From Octopus vulgaris (taxonomy: Eukaryota), in contig OX597815.1 in NCBI GenBank assembly GCA_951406725.2, forward strand, positions 51,150,001-51,214,000: 64,000 nucleotides of DNA, written 5' to 3'. Under the pieces are notes generated by a model. It had not been told where the DNA came from. It made no database searches and saw only the letters and a list, made by a program, of their open reading frames with translations. Both the position numbers and the translations under genes were made by a program. Within the stretch, counting starts at the first letter, position 1. Each line of letters starts with the position of its first letter. Shown in pieces: positions 51,746 to 64,000 of this stretch.

Positions 51746-53111
51746 CTGCCCTTACTGTATGCAAAGGGAATAATTTCCTTTATTGAGAAAGTCCTGTATC
51801 ACTATATTACTTCTAACCATTAAGTATTTTTGCTTTAAGCATCACAGAAACTGCTTCCTATGTACAGCACTCCTATAAATGCAGATAGGAAAGCAACATT
51901 TTTTTCTCTCTTTTAAATATAGGATAGACACACAGTTTTAATGTCACCATAAAGCTCCAAAGTTTCGAGTTCAAAATTCATCAGAATTTATGCCACATTT
52001 AATTCTTTTTTTAAAATTATGTTATGATTAAATAAAAGATACCAATAATACATCAAAATACATTGTCAGAAATATGACTGATTAAACATAACAGAGGTTC
52101 ATCTGCAAATGCTTTTTACATACTGTATTTCCATTTGTGAAACTGAAAAAATAAATTATATTTAGGAAAAACATGAAAGGATTAAGTATTTATCAGAAAA
52201 TATTTCTAAAAAATACTATGAAGATCTGGAGTATTGCTTCTATTGAAAATTCACATTTTCAGGCTTAGTATTGTTGCATATGATAGAGATTGTAAGAGGT
52301 TTAAAACATTCAATAAATATTTACACATGTGTGGCAGCTATGTGTGTAAAGGACGCAGAGCAAAATTCACTGCAGTATTTCTTCCAAGAAATACAACACC
52401 TAACAATTTTATATTTGTCCCCATCTATACCAACTTTTTCTGATCTGCCTATAAATCATATCAGATTTATATATCTTTATGATAATTCTTATGAGAATTT
52501 TCTAGATCATTTATTAGCAGAAAGCAAAATAATATCTGTGAGATATCTATAAAAATATTTTGTAGACGTTCATCATAAAATCATTTAGTGGATATCATAT
52601 TCCATATTTTTCATTGAAATACTCTATATAACACTGTGATCAGGATGCATTTTAATCCCAGCATTTATTACAGATGGTATTGGCATAAATATGGACACTG
52701 AGATCCTAAATTTCCTAATAATCTGCTACCAGATAAATTCTATCCCTAATTATTAAATAACATTTTTCTCTTAAAATACACCTTAAAATACACCTGATAA
52801 AAATATTTTTCATCACCTTGATTAATTGGGTCTCATAAAAATGATGTCAAAAACAAGATTAACCAAATTGATCCTGTACTCCAGGCCTGTGTGGGGTCAT
52901 TGCTAAGGAGGTGCACTTAAGAAAAAATTCTGTGACACTTAAAGATGGTTATACTATTATTCCTTATCCTATCTGACAACAGGGAAAATGTCATGGGAGG
53001 ATGTAAGAAGTGAAGGCAAGAATAGATAGACAGATAGATATAAATATACACACATATGCAATGGATTTCCATACCTTTTTATTCCAGCACATTTACCCAT
53101 AAGGTAGTAGT

Positions 53112-53510
53112 CATGGCTGTGTGGTATGAAGTTTGCTTCCCAACCACAGGGTTCTTAGGTTCAGTCCCACTGCATGGCATTTGTGCAAGTATCTTCTACT
53201 GTAGCCTCAGGCCAACTAAAGCCATGTGAGTGATGGAAACTGAAAGAAGTCCATCGTGTATATATATATATATACACATGTGTGTGCCTTTGTGTCTGTG
53301 TTTGTCTCCCACCTCTGTTTGACAACTGGTGTTGGTGTGTTTGCATCCTTGTAACTTAGGGGAGTGGCAAAAGAGACTGATAAAATAAGTACCAGGCTTA
53401 ACAAAAACTAAATACTGGGTGAATTCATTCAACTGAAAATACTTCACGGTAGTGCCCCAGTATAATCAGAGTCTAATGACTGAAACAGGTAAATCATAAA
53501 AGATAAGGTA
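53112..53510 (+). mobile_element. SINE family C copy
   Basis: catggctgtgtggta...ggttcagtcccactgc...taatgactgaaaca. Confidence 0.85.
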
Positions 53511-53794
53511 TTGATTATTATAGTAGAAAACACTTGCCCAAGGTGCCATGCAGTGGGACTGAACCTGAAACCATGTAGTTTGAGAAGTGAACTTCCCCAC
53601 CACATAGCTATATAAATATGCTGGACCTTTCTTTGCCTGTTGTACTTTGGTTTCTGTCTTCATATTTGTTTTTGCCTACTTTGTGAAGTGACATTAAAAA
53701 AATCTTTAAACATTTACACATAAAGACAATGACTGTTGAAGTGAGTGAAATATCCGGAATAATAATATATATTTTTTACCTTTTATTTTATATT

Positions 53795-54052
53795 TGGTTG
53801 TGACCATGCTGGAGCACTACCTTGATGGGTTTTAGTCAAACAAATCTACCCAAGGACATATTTTCTTAAGTCAAGTACTTATTTTATCAGTCTTTTTTGC
53901 TGAATGACTAAACTATGGGGATGTAAACAAACTGACACCAGTTGTCAAGCAGTGGGGGAACAGACACAAACACAAAGACACATACATGCATAGATATATA
54001 CATATAACACATACATACATACATACATACATACATACACACATACATACAT

Positions 54053-54088
<36 letters not shown>

Positions 54089-54285
54089 GTGTGTGTGTAT
54101 ATATATATACACACATACACACACACACACAACACATGCATCATGCTTCTTTCAGTTTGTCTTCGAAATCCATTCACAAGGTTTTGGTCAGTCTGGAGCT
54201 AGAGTAGAAGATACTTAGTGTGCTCACAGTGGAACTGAACCAAAAGCTATGTGGTTGGGAAACCGACTTCTTACCACTCGGTCAT
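53795..54285 (-). mobile_element. SINE family C copy
   Basis: gaccatgctggagcac...ggggatgtaaaca...cttctttcagttt...atgtggttgggaa. Confidence 0.82.
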
Positions 54286-54647
54286 TCTTAATATCATACT
54301 TACAAATATATTTCAATTTTTTTCCTCACTTTTTTACTTCTATATAATTTGTGATACATATTATTCATCTTGTAATCATTTGTGTCTTTTGATGAATTTC
54401 CAGAGCAATTATTAAATATTTTAAATAACCTTACAATTATTTCCAGTCTTTGAATATTTATTATTTTGAAATTTAGGTAGATTTAATTGCTGGCTTATTA
54501 TCAGAGGGATAAAATCTTGCCAATATTAGTTCTTAAATGAACTGAGTGAGTAAATGAGTGATAGATTGTGAATGTGATAAAGAGGTAGATGTATAAAAAT
54601 TAATTTACATAGTGTTTATATTTATGTATTAGTATATTGGACAGATG

Positions 54648-55030
54648 AAGGTTGTAAGCTGGCAGAATTGTTAGTATGCTGGGTAAAATATTTAGTAGCA
54701 TTTCATTCATCTTCGTGTTCTGAGTTCAAATACTGTCACAGTCAACTTTGCCTTTAATCCTTTCAGCCTCAATAAAATATATACCAGTTGAGCACTGGGA
54801 TCGATGTAATCAACTACCAACCTCCCCCAAAAGTGCTGGCCTTGTGCCGAAATTTGAAACCAATATCTGGGACAGATAAGGCAGCAAGCTGGTGGAATCC
54901 TTAGCATGCCAGGCAAAATTCTTAGCAGCATTTCGACTGTCTTTACGTTCTGAGTTCAAATTCTGCTGAGGTTGACTTTGCCTTCCATCCTTTCTGAGTT
55001 GATAAAATTAGTATCAATTGAGCTCAGGGG
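54648..55030 (+). mobile_element. Two tandem SINE family B copies (54648-54865 and 54878-55030)
   Basis: Two consecutive agctgg.gaat..ttag.atgc heads, each with gttctgagttcaaa and the gcctt..atccttt core. Confidence 0.85.
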
Positions 55031-55365
55031 TTAAAGTATTCATTTATGAGAAACATACTTTATTTACTATATTTTCATGGAAAACTTAACTGACGAGCTA
55101 AAAAAAATTTTTCCCAAACACTAATGATTTGGGTTTTCTTTTACTTCCTAAAACTTTAGAATGCAGGTAAATCTTGGCTTATGTTGGCCATTGGGTCCAA
55201 GACATGCAACTTAAAAAATGGCATAACACAAAAAAATATTTCTAAAAATCTATTAACTCATATCTGTTTTACTAAATAGTTTATATATATTTTCACATGT
55301 ATTTTATTTAACTTTCCACTGCAGTATTGATTTTAAGTGTTTGTTTTTTATTTTTATGCTTTATA

Positions 55366-55586
55366 CCCTTTCACATTTAAACAGGTCATACCAAGCTCAA
55401 ATATTCTACATGTTTTATGTTCACACTGACCAAATTCAGCTTCTCACACCTACCATACAATGTCATTCTAAAAATGAACAATCACATCATTGAAAACCTA
55501 GAAGCAGTGAGATAATGCATGATTAATTCAAGCCAATTTAAATAAATAAGCATTTTGCTTAACTGAATAATCTGAATAGTAAAGGG
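55366..55586. mobile_element. piggyBac-type MITE family 2, opposite orientation
   Basis: CCCTTTCACATT ... AAAGGG|TTAA; the body is the reverse complement of 36067-36286. Confidence 0.8.
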
Positions 55587-57326
55587 TTAAATATGTTTCC
55601 TCAGACCAAAGTAATGTTGAAGAAATTAACTGAAGTTGAGGGTTATGTTTTTTCCATTAACCTCTTTAAAAAAATGACAAAGTCAAAAAAGATGAAACTG
55701 AAAATGACGTAAGTTGAAGGATGCCTGTGTTTATATTATATTATATAACAGTTATAAATGAACAATCCTCTATATTTAACTTCAGATTATTATTCAGTGT
55801 CTTCTTTCCTTCTTTAGTTTGTGAAAAATTTCCCAAAATATTTATTTTGGGACTAAAGATGTAAAATAAATATATCATGTTCTGGGAAGTTTCAGATTTT
55901 AGAAACAAAGCAATTTCAAGTTCAATTTCAGGAAGAACCTGAAGTTTAAATTTTCTCATGCAGTAATTTTTCTGAAATTTTACATTCTGGTTTGAAATAT
56001 TTCAAACTAACCAGCAAATATGAACACAACCAGGTGTATTTAGAGCAGCCATTTTAAGGCTGAATATCTTGTTCAAAAAGGCTGGTGAATTTTAATGTGG
56101 TTAGTACCTGATTTTCAGGCAGAATTCATGAAAAATAAAGTATATATCTACAAAAAGGATAAAAAAATCAGGTAAAAGTTAAATAGAATATTATCTGAAT
56201 AAAAGTTACAATGATCATATGAAAACACTCTTGTAAAGTTAGCTTTGTTGGTTCAGCATCTAAGTGGTTTGAACATTCAGTTGTCTTGCAATTCTTTATT
56301 GAATACACGAATTTATAAGTAACATTTATCAATATCCAAATTCCAAACAATAGTTTATAGTTACTCTAAAGCAGAGTAACCTTTTACTACTGCACTGCAG
56401 TCTTCAGCAGCAGCTTAGGGTGGTAAATAGATGTATGTATATTGATTTCATTGGAAATTATGAACAGTATATTAGCAGTTGTTCCATCTTTTATGACCAG
56501 TATAAACCCTTCAGAAGCCATTAGTGGCACCGGCATCTCCACAATTGCTGCAGAAACAACCAACCTCACCACACCATCAACTGCCACAAGTCACCACAAC
56601 ACTAATGATAGCAACAGAATCACCATCTCTTCACTCATACATTACTTGACAGTTACCAGAAACATTTCAGGATTCCAGAAATGTCATCATGCAAACATTT
56701 GTTGTATAGATCTATGTATCAATGTTTGGATTTTTCCGCTTCAGCCAACACATGGGATTTGTCATTACAGGTTTGCATAAGCTTCAAAAGGACCATTTGA
56801 CAAATAAGAGTTGGCAGTTGAATACAGTGTCCAAAGCTCCCATTTTACAATAGAGAATGATTAAAATCAACTGACACTGAGACACAAGCCATAACCAGCT
56901 TGTATTTGATTGCATAGGTTTATGCTACATGCTTAGAAGTAGCACTGTACTTGTTCTTTATGTGAAAGTATTTGTAAAGGAAAGTAAGATAATTATTGAA
57001 AGGCAGTTTAAAGGAATACTCAAATGCAGTAAAGACAATGGTAAATTAGATACAATGGGAAAGTAAAGTAAAATTATTAGTACATTGGTTAGCATGTATC
57101 ATTTACTGGGCATAGAGATTCAATTTTTCAATCTTAGTTTCAGAGAATAGAAAATAGGCTCTCAAGCATTATTAACAAATTTCTCTCTATATCTCTCTCC
57201 CCCTCTCTCCCACTTTTCTCCCCATTTCTTTCTCTCTGTCTGTGGTATGTGTGTGTGCATGTATATATATATTTATGTTTCAGTATCTATCTATCTTTCT
57301 TTCTCTCTCTCTCTCACTCTCTATGT

Positions 57327-57397
<71 letters not shown>

Positions 57398-58345
57398 TGT
57401 ATTATGTATGTATATAAGTATGTATGTATCTTCAGTTATTTAATTATTCTAACTCATCCACTGACGAGGGAGCCAGTTTCCAACAAAGATGCAAGGCTCC
57501 ATCTTTGGGATATAGTTAACACACAAATTCCCATTTGCAACTTGAGAAAAGTCTTGCATATTTTTACTGTTCCACTCACAGATTCGACTTGAAATGTATG
57601 AATCAGCCAGTCAATTTCTCTTTCTGAAAATCCTCTTGATTATTATGTGTGGGGCACAGTTGAGTGACAGACCAACAAAACTCTTTGTTCAAAAGCTTAA
57701 CCACACATATATATTTGTGTGTGTGTTTTTGTGCATGTGTTTCTCCCCTCCACCACCATAGGACAACCAGTGTTGGTGTGTTTAAATCTCCATAATTTTG
57801 TGGATCAGCAAAAGAGATTGATGAGATAAGTGCCAGGCTTAAAAAGAATACTGAATTCATTGACCTAAAATTCTTCAAGTCAGTGCCCCAGCATGCCTAC
57901 CATCTAATGACTGAAACAAGTAAAAGATAAGTATGCACTCATCATGTACACACACACACACATATATATATATCAGCAAAATCATCATCATTTTCACATC
58001 CACTTTCCCATGCTTGCATGGGTCAGATGAAATTTATTGAGGAAGAATTTTCTATGTCCAAAATGCTCTTTCTGTCACCAACTCCCACCTGTTTCCAAGC
58101 AAGATAATAGTTCCCTATGACAAGACATGTTCTTGCAGTATATTGGAAATGAATTATACAGTTCATATGACTGACAATTATTTCAATTATTGTAAATATT
58201 AGCTGACATCAAAGTAAGGAGACACAAACTCTCACACATATAAACATACAACAGGCTTCCTTCAGGCTCTATCCACTAAATCCACCAACAAGGCCTCAGT
58301 CAGCCCATAGTTAAGGGAGAAAACACCTGCCCTAGGTGATTAACA

Positions 58346-58386
58346 CACACTGAGGATGGGTAACCACCTAGAAATTCAAGTCTGTG
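58346..58386 (+). ncRNA. Type I hammerhead ribozyme (minimal), intact core
   Basis: CACA-CTGAGGA-TGGGT-AACC-ACCTA-GAAA-TTCAA-GTC-TGTG: stem I 4 bp, stem II 5 bp with one G-U, canonical CUGANGA, GAAA and GUC; predicted cleavage after 58382. Confidence 0.82.
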
Positions 58387-58688
58387 TTTCACATAAGGCT
58401 AGGGATGGGAGTGATGACCTCCCCTCACAAATACTAAGCGGACACAGGATTAGCCAGCTGGAAGAGATGTCTTCTTGGGGCTATAAACGTCAGTAGCACT
58501 GTTCTGAATAGGACACCACACTTGGTTGGCAATTATATGTTAGATTCCGTATTGCTGCTGTTTACATCTCACTCAGAGATTTAATATAGCTTATTTCTCC
58601 TTTTACAAGATCAGTGATGGTCTGTCGCTCGGAAAAGCATGTAGTATTTTGTGAGTGGAGTGAGCTTTCATCACTAGCTCATGATTAA

Positions 58689-58729
58689 CACACTGAGGAC
58701 AAGTAACCACCCAGAAACTTGAGTCCATG
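58689..58729 (+). ncRNA. Type I hammerhead ribozyme, second copy with decayed stems
   Basis: CACA-CTGAGGA-CAAGT-AACC-ACCCA-GAAA-CTTGA-GTC-CATG: core intact, stems I and II mismatched; cleavage position 58725. Confidence 0.7.
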
Positions 58730-58929
58730 TCTATCACATAAGGCTAGGAATGGGAGCAATAACCTCTCTTTGCAAATACTAATCAGACACAGGATGTGTG
58801 TCATTAGCCAGCCGGAAGAGATGTCTTCCTGGGGTTATAAACCTCAATAGCACTGTCTCGAATGGGACACCACACTTGGTTTGCAATTATATGTTACGGA
58901 ATCTCCATAGCCGAAAATGTGGGATTCTT

Positions 58930-59138
58930 TGCCAAACAATGTACATGATAGCACTTCCAACAGTTAAGATCAAAAGTCACAAGAGCCTCTGCCTGATACT
59001 GCATCAGGACATTATTTAATTATTATTATTATTTTTATTATTATTATTATTATTGAGTGAGAGAGCAGTTCATGCCATCAAAGTGACACTGGGGTAAAAT
59101 ATACGAAGCCCAATATACCCATCATGACTACCCGTCTG

Positions 59139-59140
<2 letters not shown>
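58930..59140. mobile_element. Two end fragments of the (TAA)n-associated repeat at 61181-61717, in the opposite orientation
   Basis: 58935-59012 is the reverse complement of 61181-61262; 59055-59135 is the reverse complement of ~61637-61715; the two are separated by (TTA)n. Confidence 0.8.
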
Positions 59141-59186
<46 letters not shown>

Positions 59187-59211
59187 GTTGTTATTGTTAT
59201 TATTATTATTT

Positions 59212-59880
59212 GATGAAAACTCTCAGCTTATTTTACTGGGTATGATGGAAAGTGTCAGCTGTTCACAGCCAGCAGACTAAGGTGACATTTGTTTACTGGT
59301 CATGCTTCAAGAACCCTGCGAAGAATTCTTGCAGTTCCAAGCAATGCTAATTTTTGTTGGTGTTCTATCTTTACATTTGTACTAATCTTTTTGAGCCATG
59401 TTGGTAGTTGAGTACTGATACCAATCACTATTGATATCATGTCTACTCTCCTCATTGACTACAACCTTTATATTTCCCACTTCAAATCGTTACAGTTGGT
59501 TTTTTTTCTTCTTTCTCTTTCATCCTGTTGTCACTGGGACATGCTATGTCAATTATCATGCATGTTCTTTCTTTTTTATTTACCACAGCAATATCCAGTT
59601 TCTGACGACTGGTCAGGTGATTCCACAGAATCAGTGCATTCCACAGGATTTTGCAATTTTCATTCTTGGTGACTCCTTCTGGGGTTTGCTCATACTGCAT
59701 TTTTGCTCTTTGTAGGCTGTGATTTCCACAGAGCTCCCAATGGATCATTCTTGCCACATTCTCATGTTGTCTTTTGTATTAATGTTGTACCAATTTCGGG
59801 CATTCGCTAATGATGTGCCATACCATTTCACCCTTCTTACCACACATTCTGCATTTGTCACTGTTGGTAGTGTTGTCTAT
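59212..59880 (-). mobile_element. R4/Dong-clade (RLE) non-LTR retrotransposon 3' fragment
   Basis: ARMIHWELCGNH..., NENCKILWN, DIAVVNKKERTCMIIDIACPSD, QKLALLGTARILRRVLEA*; bounded by (TAA)n on both sides. Confidence 0.88.
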
Positions 59881-60084
59881 TATATTATTATTATTATTAT
59901 TATTTACTTTTAATCTGGATATCTGTTACAATCACTCACCAAGACACACCCAGTGTCCTAGGGCGTGTGAAGGATAAGAGATGCTACAGTAGGAGTGAAA
60001 GCTTGGGGAGGGCCAGTGGCAGGAGCAGTAGTGAAATATCTTCATGTAATATAACACAGACATTTAAATTGATAGGGTTTTTCT

Positions 60085-60850
60085 AAAGATGTAGGTAGTA
60101 CTTAGCACACTCTTTTGGATTTCTTTGGACATGGTTCTCCTGGGATATTATCTAGATGTTTCTCACATCCCTTTCTTATCATACCCACAATAACAGGAAC
60201 AGTTCTCACTTTAAGTTGTCACATGCTTTGTATTTCAATTTCTAGGTCCTTATATTTACTTAATTTATCAAATTCTTTTACAGATATATTTTTATCAGTG
60301 GGAACACTTACATCTATTAGTCTACAAGTATTTTCTTCCCTGTCTTTAATAATTATGTCTGGTCGATTAACCTGGATCGTTCTATCAGTGTTGACTGGAA
60401 AATCCCAGAGGATAGTAACATTTTTAACTTCAATGACTGGCTCAGGATGATGTTCATACCAGTAAGCAGGAGTGCTGATTTTGTAGTGTTTAAATATTTC
60501 CTGATGTAAATACTGTTCTACCCTATTGTGGTGACTTTTGTATTTGTTTGTCATCAGTACAGGACATCCTGAGACAAGATTGTCAATTGTTTCATCAAAT
60601 GTTGCAGAATCTGCATGTAGGGTTAGAACTGTTTTAAAGAATGTTAGCCTGGTAGTTTTTGGTAAGCAAACTTTGATCTTGAGTGGCCAATAGGAAACCT
60701 TCAGTCTCTACTTTCAGTCCAGAGCTTCTCAGCCACTGATGGGTTGTTGTTTGGTCTACATCAGCATTTCAGCTTTGAAGTATATACAGTCCATCCTGAG
60801 GCTTCTGGCTCCACTGCTCTTCAATTTGTTTCTGCCCATTCTTTCTTGCA
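60085..60850 (-). mobile_element. R4/Dong-clade (RLE) non-LTR retrotransposon fragment
   Basis: [28 protein letters not shown]...ETIDNLVSGCP (broken zinc knuckle), TILWDFPVNTDRTIQVNRPDIIIKD...LIDVSVP...KLSKYKDLEIEI (PD..D endonuclease); abuts (TTA)n. Confidence 0.93.
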
Positions 60851-60870
60851 GTTTGCTTGATCCATTTTGC

Positions 60871-60989
<119 letters not shown>

Positions 60990-61141
60990 TAGTCTTATTT
61001 TTATCACGTTCTTTTGCTGCACTACCAAGCACAGCTCTGTGTGCCTTGGGTTTGTGCTGCGGTTTGTTGTGATGCTCTTATTCTTACTGGTGCTGGGTGT
61101 GTCTCAGTGAATGATCGTAACAAACAAATAGCTTAAAAGTA

Positions 61142-61180
<39 letters not shown>

Positions 61181-61184
<4 letters not shown>

Positions 61185-61720
61185 GCCCTAATGTAGTACA
61201 AGGCAGTGGCTCTCATGGCTTTTGGTCTTAACTGATTGGAAGTGTTATCAAGTACATGTTTTGTCTTAGTACAAAAGATGGGCTACAGCAAATATTCTGC
61301 TCAATATCACAGATTTGCTTATCAATTGCATGACCTTAACCAGTTGAGCATGTTCCTTGGTGGCTGACGATATGTGCATCTTTGATCATGAGCAGAAGTA
61401 GTGAGGGAGCATTATAGCTATGTGTTGAGAGAAATTCTTCAGGGTTTGAATAATTCACCTCTGGAAACATGGATGTTTCATTCATCATCCTTAAACAACC
61501 CTTATTCAGCGACATTTTGAGTAGGATGGGCTACTTGACTTGGAGAAAATTCTAACTGGGCCACACCCACAAAATCCATGAACTGTTTATCTTGATATGA
61601 GATCACCAAGTTGTACACATATGGTTGTGATGCATGGGTAGTCATGATGGGTATATTGGGCTGTGTATATTTGTACCCCAGTGTCACTTTAATGGCATGC
61701 ATTGCTCTCTCATTCAATAA

Positions 61721-61788
<68 letters not shown>

Positions 61789-61915
61789 AATGCCCTGATG
61801 CAGTACCAGGCACTGGCTCTCATAGCTTCTGATCTTAACTGATTGGAAGTGTTATCATGTACATGTTTTGTCTTGGTATAAAAGACAGGCTACAGCAAAT
61901 ATTCTGCTCAATACC
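61181..61915. mobile_element. Non-coding ~535-bp repeat in trinucleotide microsatellites (61181-61717) plus a partial tandem copy (61788-61915)
   Basis: aaatgccct.atg.agtac.aggca.tggctctcat.gctt.tg.tcttaactgattggaagtgttatca begins both copies; preceded by (AAT)n and (AGT)n respectively. Confidence 0.8.
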
Positions 61916-63541
61916 AGGAATGGTTGAGGAATGTTAGGGAGGAATGAAGGGTATTGACATTTATGTATGAATAGTTGCTGTTAGATGTAGTGGTAAATAA
62001 GTCATTACTGTATAGAAGGAAGAAAGTGGAGAACAAAATTGAATCCTGGAGACACACCAGAGTTGATAGAATGGCTCAATCAACACAAGCAGCAATACTG
62101 CAACCTGATGCAATATGAGATCCAATATATGCATACATACAAATATACATACATGCACATACACACATGCACATATATACACACACACATGCACAAACAT
62201 AATATATATATGTATATGTATGCATATATACATATATTTATATAAAAATATATGTTTGTATATGTGTGTGTGTAGTGGGGTTAATTTGAAGCTGATGAGT
62301 CACATCATCACATCATCACTACTCAGTTTTTCACTACATGCAATTCTTGAGGCAACAAAAGAAAGATTGACGTTTTTTTCTTTCTTTCTTCTTTTTTTTT
62401 TGTTCTTGTCATTGGAAAAATTGCAAGTATCAGAAAATTCTGTCTAGTCATTGAGTGAATCATCAGCTTCTAATGAATAAACTCTTGAGTACATCCTTTT
62501 TTAATAAGTATTGAGTACTTTTCTTTATAATATTCGTTTATCTAAGAATGCACACACACACATACACACACACACTCTCTCTCTCTCTCTCTTTCTTTCT
62601 CTCTCTCTCTCTCACACACACACATACACTCACACACACATGCACACATATATATCATCATCATAATTTTGTCCATTTTGCCCTTTTTCTATACTTGCTT
62701 TGGTCAGACAGAATTTTTCATGCCAGATTTTCTATGACCAGATGCCCATCCTATTACCAACCCTCACCTGTTTTAAAGAAAGAGAATATTTCCCCATGGT
62801 TGCACACGTTTCCATTGAAGACTGGAAACAACTAACCAATACAGCTTGTATGATTGTAATGCTTGTTTACTATCATCATGTGCTCTCAAGACAAGGGGAC
62901 AGAAATACACAGTACACACACATACACACAGATATTGCTTGGCTAATAATTAGATGTCAAAAGCATTAATATACCAATTAGGGTCTTGCTGATCAGATAA
63001 GGTAGTTGTGTGGAACTAGCGATCACCAATGCGGGTATGTACTTCTTGACCCTATAAGGGTAGTGAGTCCTCAATATGTTACCACCATCTCATCCATCAC
63101 TGCCGTTGTTGCACTCTGCCTCATTCATTCATACTTGTTGTTGTACACATAGCCAAGAGCAGCAGGTCTGTTCATTCATCATTATGCCAATTAGGCTATC
63201 CACAAATGTGCTTATATAGCAGCTATTGATTGAGGAAGGAAGGCTAACCAACTATAAGCCAATCCATCAGGAGAGTTCCTTCCTCTATTTTCTGCACATC
63301 ATTAGCATAGAAAGAATTTGTTTACATTGTTGTTTCACCCACAGTGAGACCGTGTAATATACATACATACATATGTACATACATACCTACATATGTACAT
63401 TCATACATACTTGGATACATATGTATTTATATATCTTTAATTTTGCTCAAGTGTTCTCATTTACTGTCTCCAAATATTGTTTCTATTTTATTTTTCACTC
63501 TTTATTAGTATAGAATGTAGTTATTTGTCTATTTGCATAAA

Positions 63542-63740
63542 TTGGTTTCAAATTTTGGCAAGTTCGGGAAAGGGAGTACGTTGATTATATCAGCCCCAGT
63601 ATTCCATTGGTACTTATTTTAACACCACCAAAAAGACCAAAGTCAGCCTTGGTAGAATTTGAACTCAAAATATGAAGATGGATGAAATGTTGCTAAGCAT
63701 TTTGCCAGATATGCTAATGATTCTGCCCGCTCTCTGCCTT
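63542..63740 (-). mobile_element. SINE family B copy
   Basis: ttggtttcaaattttggca...tggtacttatttt...gaatttgaactca...gctaagcattttgcc. Confidence 0.8.
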
Positions 63741-64000
63741 ATCTATTTGCATATATTAAGCAATATGCAATGCCATATAATTGAAAGTGGAAAATAGAAA
63801 AAATAAAGCATTGTTAATCTAGGGAGATCTAGATCAACAATACTTTATTTTTATTTTTTTCCACATCCTAGATAGCATTTCTATTATTGGTTTGTTTTTC
63901 TTTAATTCTTCAGGATCTCAAAACTTCTGTTTTCCAGTAGTAGAGAGGACACATAAACAAGCATTAGTTTGCCAAAATGATAGATCTTCACCTAATTTCA

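Larger units (their letters stand above)
58337..58896 (+). mobile_element. Retrozyme-like tandem repeat: 343-nt monomer, ~1.6 units, one type I hammerhead per unit
   Basis: 58337-58552 is repeated at 58682-58896; each copy opens with a hammerhead fold. Confidence 0.8.

Overview
AT-rich, repeat-saturated eukaryotic non-coding DNA. The repeat content (tRNA-headed CORE-like SINEs with internal CA/TA microsatellites, RTE-type tails ending in (GAT)n, very long (TA)n tracts) suggests a cephalopod, most likely Octopus; this is inference from pattern recall, not a search. I found no intact protein-coding gene, and nearly all ORFs in the supplied track are microsatellite read-throughs. Recognisable content: decayed Tc1/mariner transposases, a decayed RepHel Helitron and a small non-autonomous Helitron, TTAA-flanked piggyBac-type MITEs, a mariner-derived MITE, RTE and R4/Dong LINE fragments, a Penelope GIY-YIG fragment, and many SINEs from at least four families. 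The most interesting signal is a set of minimal type I hammerhead-ribozyme motifs: a 343-nt tandem unit with one hammerhead per unit (retrozyme-like, 58337-58896), two tandem minus-strand motifs at 46061-46197, and degenerate copies at 45697 and 20294. There are also locally templated insertions, including a perfect 104-bp inverted copy inside a SINE. Boundaries of decayed repeats are approximate (about +/-20 bp) unless termini are quoted.
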